Of a stretch of DNA of 64,000 nt, positions 55,410 through 64,000 are shown one piece after another. The notes below the pieces were generated by a model. The model saw only the letters and a program-made list of their open reading frames with translations. It searched no databases and was not told the origin of the DNA. This stretch comes from Fidelibacterota bacterium (GTDB lineage: Bacteria; Fidelibacterota; Marinisomatia; SCGC-AAA003-L08; D37C17). The stretch covers positions 1,942 to 65,941 of the forward strand of contig NZUX01000033.1 of the NCBI GenBank assembly GCA_002703645.1, given 5' to 3'. The position numbers and the translations under genes were made by a program. Positions within the stretch are counted from its first letter, which is position 1. Every line of letters begins with the position of its first letter.

Positions 55410-57128
55410 ATGAGTTATGATCCACAATTTGCAAAAATAGGCGAAGTACTAGTTCATGAAGGTTTAATAACTGAAAAAGAACTTGAAAGTGCACTATCTG
55501 AACAAAAAAATAAAAAAGATAAGCTTGGAAATATTTTAGTTTCACAAGGTGTAATTACAGAAGATGAGTTGGCTACGGCATTTTCATTACAAGCAAATTG
55601 CAAAAAATTGACAGAAGATGAATTACTAAAGGCACCTGAAGAAATTGTGAAATTAATTCCAGAAGATTTTGCAAGACAGAATAATATCTTAGCTTTAAAA
55701 AAAACATCTGACAGTATTTATGTTGCGATAGAAGACCCTGAGGATGTCTCTACTTTAGATGCAATAAAAAAATTAGTGAATTTAAAACCTGAAGTATTCG
55801 TATCAGGTAAGACTGCTATTAAAAATGCTATTGATCAACTTTATGAAAGAGTTAAAAAATCTGGTGAAGTTGAAAGTGCAATTTCGAATATAAAAATTGT
55901 AAAAGGAAATGAAGAAGGTGGGGATGAATTAGATCTTGGCTCAGAAAAAGTATCTGCAAAAGATGCACCTTTTGTTAAACTTGTTAATTTAATTCTTACA
56001 GAAGCTATTAAAGAGGATTCATCTGATGTTCATATTGAGCCCGGTAGAGATGAAGTAAATGTAAGAATTAGAGTTGATGGTGTTTTAGTAAAGATAATGA
56101 CACCACCAGCATCCTCACTAAATGGAATTGTTACAAGAATTAAGATTCTATCAAAATTAAACATTGCAGAGCATCGTTTACCTCAAGATGGTAGGATGAA
56201 AATTAAAACAGATTCTAGAGATATAGATGTTAGGGTATCAATTTTACCGACTGTGCATGGTGAAAAAGTCGTACTAAGATTATTAGGAAGCGGAAAGTTA
56301 TCTCTAAACTTATCTAATCTAGGATTCCCCGATAAGAAATTGCAAACATTTAAAAAATGGATTGGACAGCCATATGGTATGATTATTATTTCAGGACCAA
56401 CAGGTAGCGGTAAATCAACAACTCTTTATGCCGCATTGCAAGAAATTCATTCTGAAGGGATAAATATTACAACTGTTGAAGATCCTGTAGAATACCAACT
56501 AGCTGGAATTAATCAAGTTCAAATGCATGATGAGATAGGTTTAAACTTTTCAGCATCTCTCAGATCTATTCTTAGACAAGACCCAGATGTATTGCTTATT
56601 GGTGAGATTAGAGATGAAGAAACTGCAAATATAGCTGTTAAATTTTCAATGACGGGTCACTTAGTATTTAGTACAGTCCATGCAAATGATGCAACTTCTA
56701 CTATACTTCGTTTACTAGATTTAGGAATTCCACCATTTCTATTAGGTTCATCTTTAAATCTAGTTATGGCACAGAGACTAGTTAGAACAATTGATAAAGA
56801 TTACAATGAAGTTTACAATCCTACTAAAGAAGAGCTAGATTTAATAGATTTTCCAAAATCAAAAATTAAATCTACAAAATTTCATAGAGGGATTCCACAT
56901 AGAAGTAATCATAATACTGGTTATAAAGGAAGAACTGCAATACATGAAATAATGGAAGTAGATAGCACTATTAAAAAATTGATATTTGATGGAGCAGATC
57001 AAACTGATATAAAAGCTGCTGCTATGAAAAATGGGATGACACCGCTTAGAGATGCTGGAATTGAAAAAATCATTAATGGAACTTCATCAATTGATGAAAT
57101 CATAAGAGCTACAGTAGAAGATATCTAA
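55410..57128 (+). CDS. pilB: type IV pilus assembly (extension) ATPase PilB/GspE family
   Basis: N-terminal MshEN/T2SSE_N-like domain (IGEVLVHEGLITEKELESAL), Walker A GPTGSGKSTT, VEDPVEY, and Walker B VLLIGEIRD. Confidence 0.92.
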   Translation: MSYDPQFAKIGEVLVHEGLITEKELESALSEQKNKKDKLGNILVSQGVITEDELATAFSLQANCKKLTEDELLKAPEEIVKLIPEDFARQNNILALKKTSDSIYVAIEDPEDVSTLDAIKKLVNLKPEVFVSGKTAIKNAIDQLYERVKKSGEVESAISNIKIVKGNEEGGDELDLGSEKVSAKDAPFVKLVNLILTEAIKEDSSDVHIEPGRDEVNVRIRVDGVLVKIMTPPASSLNGIVTRIKILSKLNIAEHRLPQDGRMKIKTDSRDIDVRVSILPTVHGEKVVLRLLGSGKLSLNLSNLGFPDKKLQTFKKWIGQPYGMIIISGPTGSGKSTTLYAALQEIHSEGINITTVEDPVEYQLAGINQVQMHDEIGLNFSASLRSILRQDPDVLLIGEIRDEETANIAVKFSMTGHLVFSTVHANDATSTILRLLDLGIPPFLLGSSLNLVMAQRLVRTIDKDYNEVYNPTKEELDLIDFPKSKIKSTKFHRGIPHRSNHNTGYKGRTAIHEIMEVDSTIKKLIFDGADQTDIKAAAMKNGMTPLRDAGIEKIINGTSSIDEIIRATVEDI

Positions 57129-58372
57129 TGCCTTTATTTGAATATATTGTAAGAAACGAAGAAGGCAAAAGATTAGAAGGGACAATAGAAGCAAATACCC
57201 TTAATGAAGCTAATGAGAATCTCCTAAAAAAGAAATATACAATAGTAAAATTATCAGAAAAAGAAGTTGTCTTTGACTTCTTGGGACCATTCTTAGATAG
57301 ATTAAGTCTAGAAGTAGAAAAAATGAAAAACAAGATTCCTTTAACGACTCTTGTTTTTTTTACTAGACAATTATCAACTATGTTTTCTGCAGGTTTAACC
57401 TTAGAGAAATCGATTTTCTTTTTATCACAAGAAGAAAAACATAAAAAGTTTAAGAAGATACTAGGAAATATGGATAAAAATATAAAAAGAGGTATGCTAT
57501 TATCTGATACCCTAGAAAGAAATCCTGGTGTTTTTTCTAATCTTTTCATATCAATGGTAAGAGCTGGAGAAGTGAGTGGTAAATTATCTGAAACATTAGA
57601 AGAGTTAGCCTTATACCTGGAAAGTGTTGAAGAGACTCAGAGAAAAGTAAAATCTGCTATGTACTATCCTATATTTATTATTGGTTTTCTTGTACTTACG
57701 CTATTCCTTACTTTTACATTCTTAATTCCTAGTTTTTCATCTGTATATGATTCCCTGGGTTCTGAACTACCATATTATACAGTTTTAATGGTGAGTATTG
57801 GTGAATGGCTACAAAATAATATTTTTTCTGTTTTATTTTTATCATTTATATCAATTGGTTCTGTTTGGCTATTATTTTTAACTGATACAGGTAAGTTATT
57901 AAAAGATCGTTTTCTGCTTAGAGTACCTATTTTTGGAAAAATTATTAAAGATAATATATTGAGTAAATTTTCTAAAACATTTGGTATCCTAGTAAATGCA
58001 GGAGTGCCTGTAATAGATACATTTGACTTAGTAAAAAAAGTTGTAGATAATAGAGTCTATGAATTAGCCATTGCTGATTCAAAAGAAAGTATTGAGAATG
58101 GTTTAAATATTTCTCAAGCTCTAAAAAATACAGGAGAATTCCCATCTGTAATGATACAGCTTTTATCTACTGGAGAAGAAACGGGAGAAATTGATACTCT
58201 AGCATTAAAAGCATCTGAATTTTATACAAAACAAGTAAACGCTAGTGTAGATAGATTAACATCTATTATTGAGCCCGCATTAATAATTCTAGTAGGTGGT
58301 GTTATAGGGGTTATAATTATTGCTACATATCTACCAATATTTCATTTTGGTAATGCAATGTCTAATATGTAA
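57128..58372 (+). CDS. pilC: type IV pilus platform protein PilC/GspF family
   Basis: Two T2SSF repeats (FTRQLSTMFSAGLTLEKS and FSKTFGILVNAGVPVIDT), 3 TM helices, and a C-terminal YLPIFHFGNAM. Confidence 0.9.
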   Translation: MPLFEYIVRNEEGKRLEGTIEANTLNEANENLLKKKYTIVKLSEKEVVFDFLGPFLDRLSLEVEKMKNKIPLTTLVFFTRQLSTMFSAGLTLEKSIFFLSQEEKHKKFKKILGNMDKNIKRGMLLSDTLERNPGVFSNLFISMVRAGEVSGKLSETLEELALYLESVEETQRKVKSAMYYPIFIIGFLVLTLFLTFTFLIPSFSSVYDSLGSELPYYTVLMVSIGEWLQNNIFSVLFLSFISIGSVWLLFLTDTGKLLKDRFLLRVPIFGKIIKDNILSKFSKTFGILVNAGVPVIDTFDLVKKVVDNRVYELAIADSKESIENGLNISQALKNTGEFPSVMIQLLSTGEETGEIDTLALKASEFYTKQVNASVDRLTSIIEPALIILVGGVIGVIIIATYLPIFHFGNAMSNM

Positions 58373-58374
58373 AT

Positions 58375-59118
58375 ATGCTTTTCTTTATTATAGGAACTAT
58401 TATTGGGAGTTTCTTAAATGTTATTATAATTAGATTTCCTAAAAATGAATCTATAATATTCCCTCGATCTCAGTGTACTAAATGTAAACAGATGATTCCT
58501 TTTTATTATAATATTCCAATTATAAGCTATATTTTTTTAAAGGGTAAATGTGCTAATTGCAATAAAAAAATATCTGTACAATATATTATTATTGAATTTC
58601 TAACCGGGATATTGTTTTATATATCATTTAATTTATTCCCAATAGATTATGCTATTTTATTATCAATTATTATCTGTTTACTAATTATTTTATCTACTAC
58701 AGATATATATCATCTATTAATACCAATCTATACAATAATATTATTATATATAATGTTAATAATAAGGGTATTATTATATAGAGAATCTATTTTAAATATT
58801 ATCTGGGGAGCAACTGCATCAATACTATACTTAAGTATTCCTGCCTTATTAATTATTTTTATAAAGAAAAACAAAAAAGTATTAGGCTTTGGAGATATTT
58901 TACTATCAGGTTTTACTGGTGCATGGCTTGGTGCCATTAATGGAGTTTTCTGTTTATTCTTAGCATCAATTATAGGGATATTATTTGTTGTTTATTCCAT
59001 GATGGTTAATAAGGATATTTCATCATTAAGAGTTCCATTTGGAGCATGTATATCAATCTCTTTTACTATCATTATAATTATTGAAAAATATTATGATATT
59101 AAATCATTCATAATCTAG
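58375..59118 (+). CDS. pilD: prepilin peptidase / N-methyltransferase PilD (A24 family)
   Basis: N-terminal CTKCKQ...CANCNKK zinc motif, the GFGDILLSG aspartyl motif, and a polytopic topology. Confidence 0.9.
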   Translation: MLFFIIGTIIGSFLNVIIIRFPKNESIIFPRSQCTKCKQMIPFYYNIPIISYIFLKGKCANCNKKISVQYIIIEFLTGILFYISFNLFPIDYAILLSIIICLLIILSTTDIYHLLIPIYTIILLYIMLIIRVLLYRESILNIIWGATASILYLSIPALLIIFIKKNKKVLGFGDILLSGFTGAWLGAINGVFCLFLASIIGILFVVYSMMVNKDISSLRVPFGACISISFTIIIIIEKYYDIKSFII

Positions 59119-59850
59119 AATCTGACGATTTCGTTCAAATAAAATAGCACTAACTGTTGCAGATATATTTAAAGAGTTAATTTTTCCCAACATAGGTATA
59201 GTTATTAAATAATCACAATATTTTTTAATAAGAGAACGTATTCCCTCCCCCTCACTACCAAAGACAAATATATTTTTACCTTTCATATCCATTTCATACC
59301 AATTTTTAGAATCTATTGAATTCTCCACTCCAATAACCCAATAGCCATTTTTTTTGAATTCATTAATTGAGTATTTAATATTCTTAGAAACAATAATATT
59401 TAAATTACAAAATGCTCCTTGACTTACTTGCAAAACAGTAGATGTGATATTAGAACTTCTCCTTTCAGGAATAATTACTCCTGTAACACCAGCACATTCT
59501 GAAGTTCTTAAAATCTGACCTAAATTTTGAGGGTCTTTTATTGAATCTAAAATAATATAACATTGATTGATTCTATCTTTATCATCATCTGGAATATAGT
59601 TATATATTTTATAATTAAAATATATAACTATACCTTGAGTCCTAGAACTATGATATTTATTTTTAAATTTATCTTTGGATATAGTTTGTATAGTATTTCT
59701 ATATTTTTCAAATATTTTTTTATTACTATTTTTTTTTATATTAAAATCAGAAGAAATAATTATTTTATCAATAATACATGATTCAGAGTTCATAATTGAT
59801 AGAGCTCCATTTATTCCATAGACTTTATAAAGATTATTATTATGTTTCAT
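59104..59850 (-). CDS. rlmB: SpoU/TrmH-family RNA 2'-O-methyltransferase (RlmB-like)
   Basis: N-terminal substrate-binding domain (VYGINGALSIM), DPQNLGQILRTSECAGV, FVFGSEGEGI and NSLNISATVSAILFE. Confidence 0.75.
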   Translation of the reverse strand: MKHNNNLYKVYGINGALSIMNSESCIIDKIIISSDFNIKKNSNKKIFEKYRNTIQTISKDKFKNKYHSSRTQGIVIYFNYKIYNYIPDDDKDRINQCYIILDSIKDPQNLGQILRTSECAGVTGVIIPERRSSNITSTVLQVSQGAFCNLNIIVSKNIKYSINEFKKNGYWVIGVENSIDSKNWYEMDMKGKNIFVFGSEGEGIRSLIKKYCDYLITIPMLGKINSLNISATVSAILFERNRQILDYE

Positions 59851-59895
59851 AGATTAGATATATTAATAATATAATTTTAATACAAATAGATATAA

Positions 59896-60285
59896 ATGAA
59901 AAATAAAATCCGGATTGATAAATTTTTATGGTGTGTTCGATTATTTAAAACTCGAAAATTAAGTAATGAAGCCTGTAATAAATCAAAAGTAAAAATAGAT
60001 AAAAAAACTCTTAAATCATCTTATTTAGTAAAAGAAGGTGATATTATTAAAATAAAAAAAAAATTAGTCCTTGTTACAATTAAAGTTAAAAATATTATAG
60101 ATAAAAGAATTTCTGCAAAATTAGTTAATGAATATATTGAAGATCTTACTCCCAATTCAGAAAAGATTAAAATTGAAATCTCAAAAAAATTACCCCATTC
60201 AAATAGAAAAAAAGGATTAGGTAGACCTACAAAAAAAGAAAGAAGAAATTTGATTAAAAGCCTAGAAAACTATTCTAAACTTTAA
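59896..60285 (+). CDS. S4-domain RNA-binding protein (Hsp15/HslR-like)
   Basis: IRIDKFLWCVRLFKTRKLSNEACNKSKVKIDKK..K.SYLVKEGDII, followed by a basic tail. Confidence 0.7.
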   Translation: MKNKIRIDKFLWCVRLFKTRKLSNEACNKSKVKIDKKTLKSSYLVKEGDIIKIKKKLVLVTIKVKNIIDKRISAKLVNEYIEDLTPNSEKIKIEISKKLPHSNRKKGLGRPTKKERRNLIKSLENYSKL

Positions 60286-60840
60286 TTATTTATTAATACC
60301 TAGATACTTTTCAATATTATTTACTAAATCTTGATACATTTTAGGATCATACTGCTTTAAAATAGCTCCTGGATAAATTGTAATAATTTCACCATTAGTA
60401 TCAATTAGGAACGACCAAGGGACTGCAGATACGCCACCATAATCAGATGCAATTTTATTTATTTTTTCTGATGAACCGTATAATAATGGATATTTAACAC
60501 CATAAGTTTTAGCAAAATCAATTAGTTGCCTTTTAGTGTCTGAAAGACTAATTCCTAATATTTCAAATCCACTTTTATGATATTTATCATATAATTCATT
60601 AAATTCAGGAATCTCCATTATACATGGGCCACACCAAGTTGCCCAAAAATTTAATAAAACGACTTTTCCTCTAAAATCTGATAAAGCGTATAAATCATCA
60701 TTATAACTATTTAAAGAGAATTCTGGAGCAATAAACGCTTTATCATTTTTTTCTATAGGGTTTTCTTTTATTGCTTCTGCTTTAATTTCATTTGAACATG
60801 ACATCAATAATAAATAAAAAATAAATAATCCGTTTTTCAT
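60286..60840 (-). CDS. TlpA-like thioredoxin-fold thiol:disulfide oxidoreductase lipoprotein
   Basis: Lipobox LMSC. LLNFWATWCGPC active site. Confidence 0.85.
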   Translation of the reverse strand: MKNGLFIFYLLLMSCSNEIKAEAIKENPIEKNDKAFIAPEFSLNSYNDDLYALSDFRGKVVLLNFWATWCGPCIMEIPEFNELYDKYHKSGFEILGISLSDTKRQLIDFAKTYGVKYPLLYGSSEKINKIASDYGGVSAVPWSFLIDTNGEIITIYPGAILKQYDPKMYQDLVNNIEKYLGINK

Positions 60841-60841
60841 A

Positions 60842-62683
60842 TTACTTACTAAACTCCTCTAATGATTTTTCAAGAAATTGAATGAATTTATTTACATCGG
60901 GGTCCATACCATGAAATCGATTAATTTCTTTTTCATTAACATCTAACACTACATAAAAAGGTAATGCTGAAGTTCCGTATCTATCAATTTCCATTTGTCG
61001 ATACTTTTTATGATTTGGTCCACCATCAGTAAATAACTTTATTAAAATAAAATTTTTAAATAATTCTTTAACCTTATCATCGATAAAGACATTTACCTCC
61101 ATCCACCTACAATTAGTGCATGTATATCCAGTAAAATCAACAAATATTGGCTTGCCTGTTTTTTTTGATAGCTCTACTCCATCATTATAATTTTCTATCC
61201 AAATATCTTTAGATGAATCTATACTAGTTTGTTCTTTAAAATAATCTTGCTTAGGAGGTAAATACGAATCAACTAAACCATAAACATTCCCTCCCCATAA
61301 TCCATTGGAAAGATATAATCCAAATGTTAAAAAAGAAATACTAAACATCATTCTAGGGACACTTATTTTGTCCATTTTACTATCATGAGGTAATTGAATT
61401 TTACCTAATAAATATATACCCATAAGTATTGCAATAATAGCCCAGCTAGCTAAAACAAATTCATAAGTAAAAAAACCTATTCCCCAGACTAAATCAACAT
61501 TACTAAAAAATTTCATAGCTGCACCTAATTCTAAAAAACCCATAGTAACTTTTATAGAATTCATCCATTGTCCACTCTTAGGCATTCTTGATAAATATTG
61601 TGGAAATAAAGCTAAAAAGAAGAATGGTAAAGAAAATGCCAAAGAAAAAATAAGCATTCCTAATATTGGCCACATATAGCTTCCTCTACTAGCAGCAACA
61701 AGTAATAATCCTACAAATTGAACTGTACATGTAAAGGAAGTAAGAGTAAATGTTAGAGCCATAAACAATATTCCAAGAGTTCCTCCTTTTTGTTCATTTT
61801 CTAAACTAAATTGTCGCATTACCGATGGGATTTGAATCTCATACATTCCAAAGAGGCTAAAAGCAAAAAATACAAATAATAAAGCAATAAAAAGATTAAC
61901 CCAAGGATTAGAAGCAATTTGATTAGCCCCTGATGCTCCTAAAGTGATAGCTAAAATCAATCCTAATGAAGTAAAAATAACTATTATACCTAAAGCGTAA
62001 ATAATAGCTGATTTTAATGGATTATTATTTTCTTTTTCTCCTTGTTTTGTAAAAAATGATACTGTAATTGGTATCATAGGAAATACACAAGGAGTTAAAA
62101 GAGCTAATAAACCCATCCCAAATGAAAGCATTATAAATGATATAAAACCAGAATCAATTGATTCTTGAAGGATGTCTTTTGTTTCATTATCATTAGTAAC
62201 CTTTGGTATTTCTGAATAATCTAAACGTATATCTCCATCTTTAATATCTACATTAATAGTAAAATCATCATAATGTCTTACACATTTTTTATCATCACAA
62301 ACTTGATAAAATAACTTTCCATTTATACTATTGATTACCTTATTAATATTTGGTGATGTTAAGAAATATTGTTCTAAGGTCACATTGTTGAAATGGCAAC
62401 CCACATCCATTTCAAAGTTTTGATCATACTTAATTTTTGGATTTGGTTCAAAAACCATGCTAGAGTCAATAAAGATAGTTGAATCTGGCCATATTATTTT
62501 TGTAGGGCTTAAAGACTTTTCTGGATCAGCAGAATAAATATAAGAACCTTTAGAGATATCTATATCTACCAATAATTTTATATATTCACCTTTAATAATA
62601 TCAGACCTATCAGTACTAATAGTAAAATCAACTTGAGAGCTAAATATGATAGATAAAAATGTTATTAAAGTTATTTTATACAT
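60842..62683 (-). CDS. dsbD: thiol:disulfide interchange protein DsbD-like
   Basis: N-terminal periplasmic domain (YQVCDDKKC), the LTPCVFPMIP transmembrane core, and a C-terminal thioredoxin domain (DFTGYTCTNCRWME). Confidence 0.85.
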   Translation of the reverse strand: MYKITLITFLSIIFSSQVDFTISTDRSDIIKGEYIKLLVDIDISKGSYIYSADPEKSLSPTKIIWPDSTIFIDSSMVFEPNPKIKYDQNFEMDVGCHFNNVTLEQYFLTSPNINKVINSINGKLFYQVCDDKKCVRHYDDFTINVDIKDGDIRLDYSEIPKVTNDNETKDILQESIDSGFISFIMLSFGMGLLALLTPCVFPMIPITVSFFTKQGEKENNNPLKSAIIYALGIIVIFTSLGLILAITLGASGANQIASNPWVNLFIALLFVFFAFSLFGMYEIQIPSVMRQFSLENEQKGGTLGILFMALTFTLTSFTCTVQFVGLLLVAASRGSYMWPILGMLIFSLAFSLPFFFLALFPQYLSRMPKSGQWMNSIKVTMGFLELGAAMKFFSNVDLVWGIGFFTYEFVLASWAIIAILMGIYLLGKIQLPHDSKMDKISVPRMMFSISFLTFGLYLSNGLWGGNVYGLVDSYLPPKQDYFKEQTSIDSSKDIWIENYNDGVELSKKTGKPIFVDFTGYTCTNCRWMEVNVFIDDKVKELFKNFILIKLFTDGGPNHKKYRQMEIDRYGTSALPFYVVLDVNEKEINRFHGMDPDVNKFIQFLEKSLEEFSK

Positions 62684-63580
62684 CTATTTTTCTTCTTCTT
62701 TACTGATTACCCTGATTTTTTTAATAATAACCGGAATAGCAGGGTTATCACTTCTTAAATCATTTATTATTTTTTGTCTAAAATTATCTTTTTTACTTCC
62801 AACAGGAACTTTTGCAAATAATTCCTCCCTAGTTTTAGGATCTTGAACCTGAACCCAATAATTTTCATCTTCTCCTTCAGGAATTTGGTTATAACAACTA
62901 GATTTTATAACAGTATAATCTGTAGGTGAAGCAGCTATATAATCAATTACATGAATATTCTCAACGACCTCTCCAAAAACTGTATATTTCCCATCAAGCC
63001 ATGGAGCATCTTTGTGGCATATAAAAAATTGACTCCCAGCAGAATTCTCTGATGGACCTCTTGCCATAGAAAGTATGCCCTTTTTATGTTTCAAATTATT
63101 AAATTCTTGATTAATACTCCAACCAGGATTGCCTTGGCCATCATTTTTTCTATCTTTATCTCTAGATAATATATCACCACCTTGTATCATGAAATTTTTA
63201 ATAACTCTATGAAATAATGTTTCATCATAAAATCCACTATTAGCTAATTTCTTAAAATTATAACAATGTTTAGGAGCAATATCTGGAAAATATTTTAGCT
63301 TAATTACCCCCTTGCTAGTTTCCATTACAATTATGTCATCAGAACTAACTACACTTGGAGTATATTCTTTAGCATTAACTTTTATAGTATCAATTAGATT
63401 ATCACTAATAGCATTAGATACTCCTGCATATTTATCAGCTGCATATTTAGGAAGTATATCTCTAGGATTAAGGTTAAGTTTTAAATCTAAATTATTAAAA
63501 TAATTATTTTTAGTTACAACTCTATTAGAATCTGAGCTACAAAATAAAAATGAAATGATAATAAAATAATTAATTATCAT
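62684..63580 (-). CDS. cyclophilin-type peptidyl-prolyl cis-trans isomerase, secreted or lipoprotein
   Basis: FHRVIKNFMIQGGD, GILSMARG...SAGSQFFI and KYTVFGEVV. Confidence 0.9.
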   Translation of the reverse strand: MIINYFIIISFLFCSSDSNRVVTKNNYFNNLDLKLNLNPRDILPKYAADKYAGVSNAISDNLIDTIKVNAKEYTPSVVSSDDIIVMETSKGVIKLKYFPDIAPKHCYNFKKLANSGFYDETLFHRVIKNFMIQGGDILSRDKDRKNDGQGNPGWSINQEFNNLKHKKGILSMARGPSENSAGSQFFICHKDAPWLDGKYTVFGEVVENIHVIDYIAASPTDYTVIKSSCYNQIPEGEDENYWVQVQDPKTREELFAKVPVGSKKDNFRQKIINDLRSDNPAIPVIIKKIRVISKEEEK

Positions 63581-64000
63581 CTATTTCCCCGTACTACCTG
63601 GTTTAGTAATTGGAATATCATTTAACCAATCTGGAATATTATTTTCTTCCCAGGATTGAATATTAATTTTAGTTAGAGGATGATATTTATATCCAAAATC
63701 AATAATATCACCTCTATGCGCTAAACTACAAATACCTGCTATATTAACATTAAGCGGTTCTAATAGAGCTATTATTTCTTTAATTGAGCCACCAGTTGTA
63801 ACTATATCTTCAACTACTAAAACATTAGAATTTTCTAATATTTGGAATCCTCTTTTAAAGATCATTTCTCCATTAACTCTCTCAGCAAATATACCATTAA
63901 CATTTAATTGATCTGCAACGCCCGAGCTTATCAATATCCCTCCAATTGCTGCGCTAACCACTATATCAATATTAGAATCTGAATATATTTCAGCCATACT
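63581..64000 (-). CDS. pyrE: orotate phosphoribosyltransferase, 5' end outside the window
   Basis: PRTase motif VLVVEDIVTTGGS and a C-terminal IPITKPGS. The frame is still open at base 64000. Confidence 0.8.
   Translation of the reverse strand, partial: SMAEIYSDSNIDIVVSAAIGGILISSGVADQLNVNGIFAERVNGEMIFKRGFQILENSNVLVVEDIVTTGGSIKEIIALLEPLNVNIAGICSLAHRGDIIDFGYKYHPLTKINIQSWEENNIPDWLNDIPITKPGSTGK

Noticed and set aside
57109-57549. 146-aa minus-strand ORF across the pilB/pilC junction, and the similar 46172..46495 ORF over the pilM start
   Set aside because: They are antisense shadows within a tightly coupled operon. The sequence is hydrophobic or low-complexity and has no support.
41387-59118. 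Classifying the cluster as a type II secretion system
   Set aside because: It has a PilT retraction ATPase and a PilM/N/O/P alignment complex, and I recognise no GspC/L/M homologues. These point to a type IVa pilus. A secretion role is kept only as a hypothesis.
1-64000. Looked for CRISPR arrays, IS elements, integrases, prophage genes and rRNA operons
   Set aside because: None was found. Coding density is high, and the only non-coding gaps longer than about 200 nt are accounted for by selC and its flanks, the recoded ArsC-like gene, and the divergent promoter region.

Overview
Visibly AT-rich bacterial chromosomal DNA. The source is probably an uncultured marine diderm of the Fibrobacteres-Chlorobi-Bacteroidetes (FCB) group. 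The lineage markers are a T9SS C-terminal sorting domain, a GWxTD protein, gingipain-like C25 proteins and type II glutamine synthetase. I saw no mobile elements, CRISPR arrays or rRNA.

The window splits into five blocks:
(1) 1-15.9 kb is mostly minus-strand housekeeping: miaB, an M23 peptidase, gatB, a deoxynucleoside kinase, mtaB, a GNAT, a PD-(D/E)XK nuclease, a GWxTD lipoprotein and a beta-propeller. A tRNA-Sec (selC) sits in an ORF-free gap at 3152-3246.
(2) 15993-19736 encodes a 1247-aa secreted protein with four cohesin-like modules, two DUF4397-like domains and a T9SS sorting tail.
(3) 19.9-23.8 kb holds an SLC13 permease, an Lrp/AsnC regulator coupled to glnII, and an ArsC/YfgD-family gene. 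That gene is missing from the ORF track because its catalytic Cys codon is an in-frame TGA followed by a SECIS-like hairpin, so it is a probable selenoprotein.
(4) 23788-41138 is a tightly packed ten-gene minus-strand operon. It embeds a poly-gamma-glutamate synthase core (pgsB, pgsC and a partner protein) and a putative outer-membrane barrel among four dockerin-tagged exoproteins. These are two C25 gingipain homologues that lack the canonical catalytic His, an apparently intact M14 carboxypeptidase and a repeat protein.
(5) 41387-59118 is a divergently transcribed 14-gene type IVa pilus operon, pilA-pilT-minor pilins-pilMNOPQ-pilBCD. It carries a 1428-aa Ig-like-repeat protein between pilQ and pilB.

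The right end holds rlmB-like, S4/Hsp15-like, TlpA, DsbD and cyclophilin genes and a partial pyrE.

The best candidates for new biology are the cohesin/dockerin-PGA-protease locus and the recoded selenoprotein with selC. All family assignments come from reading motifs by eye. No searches were run.
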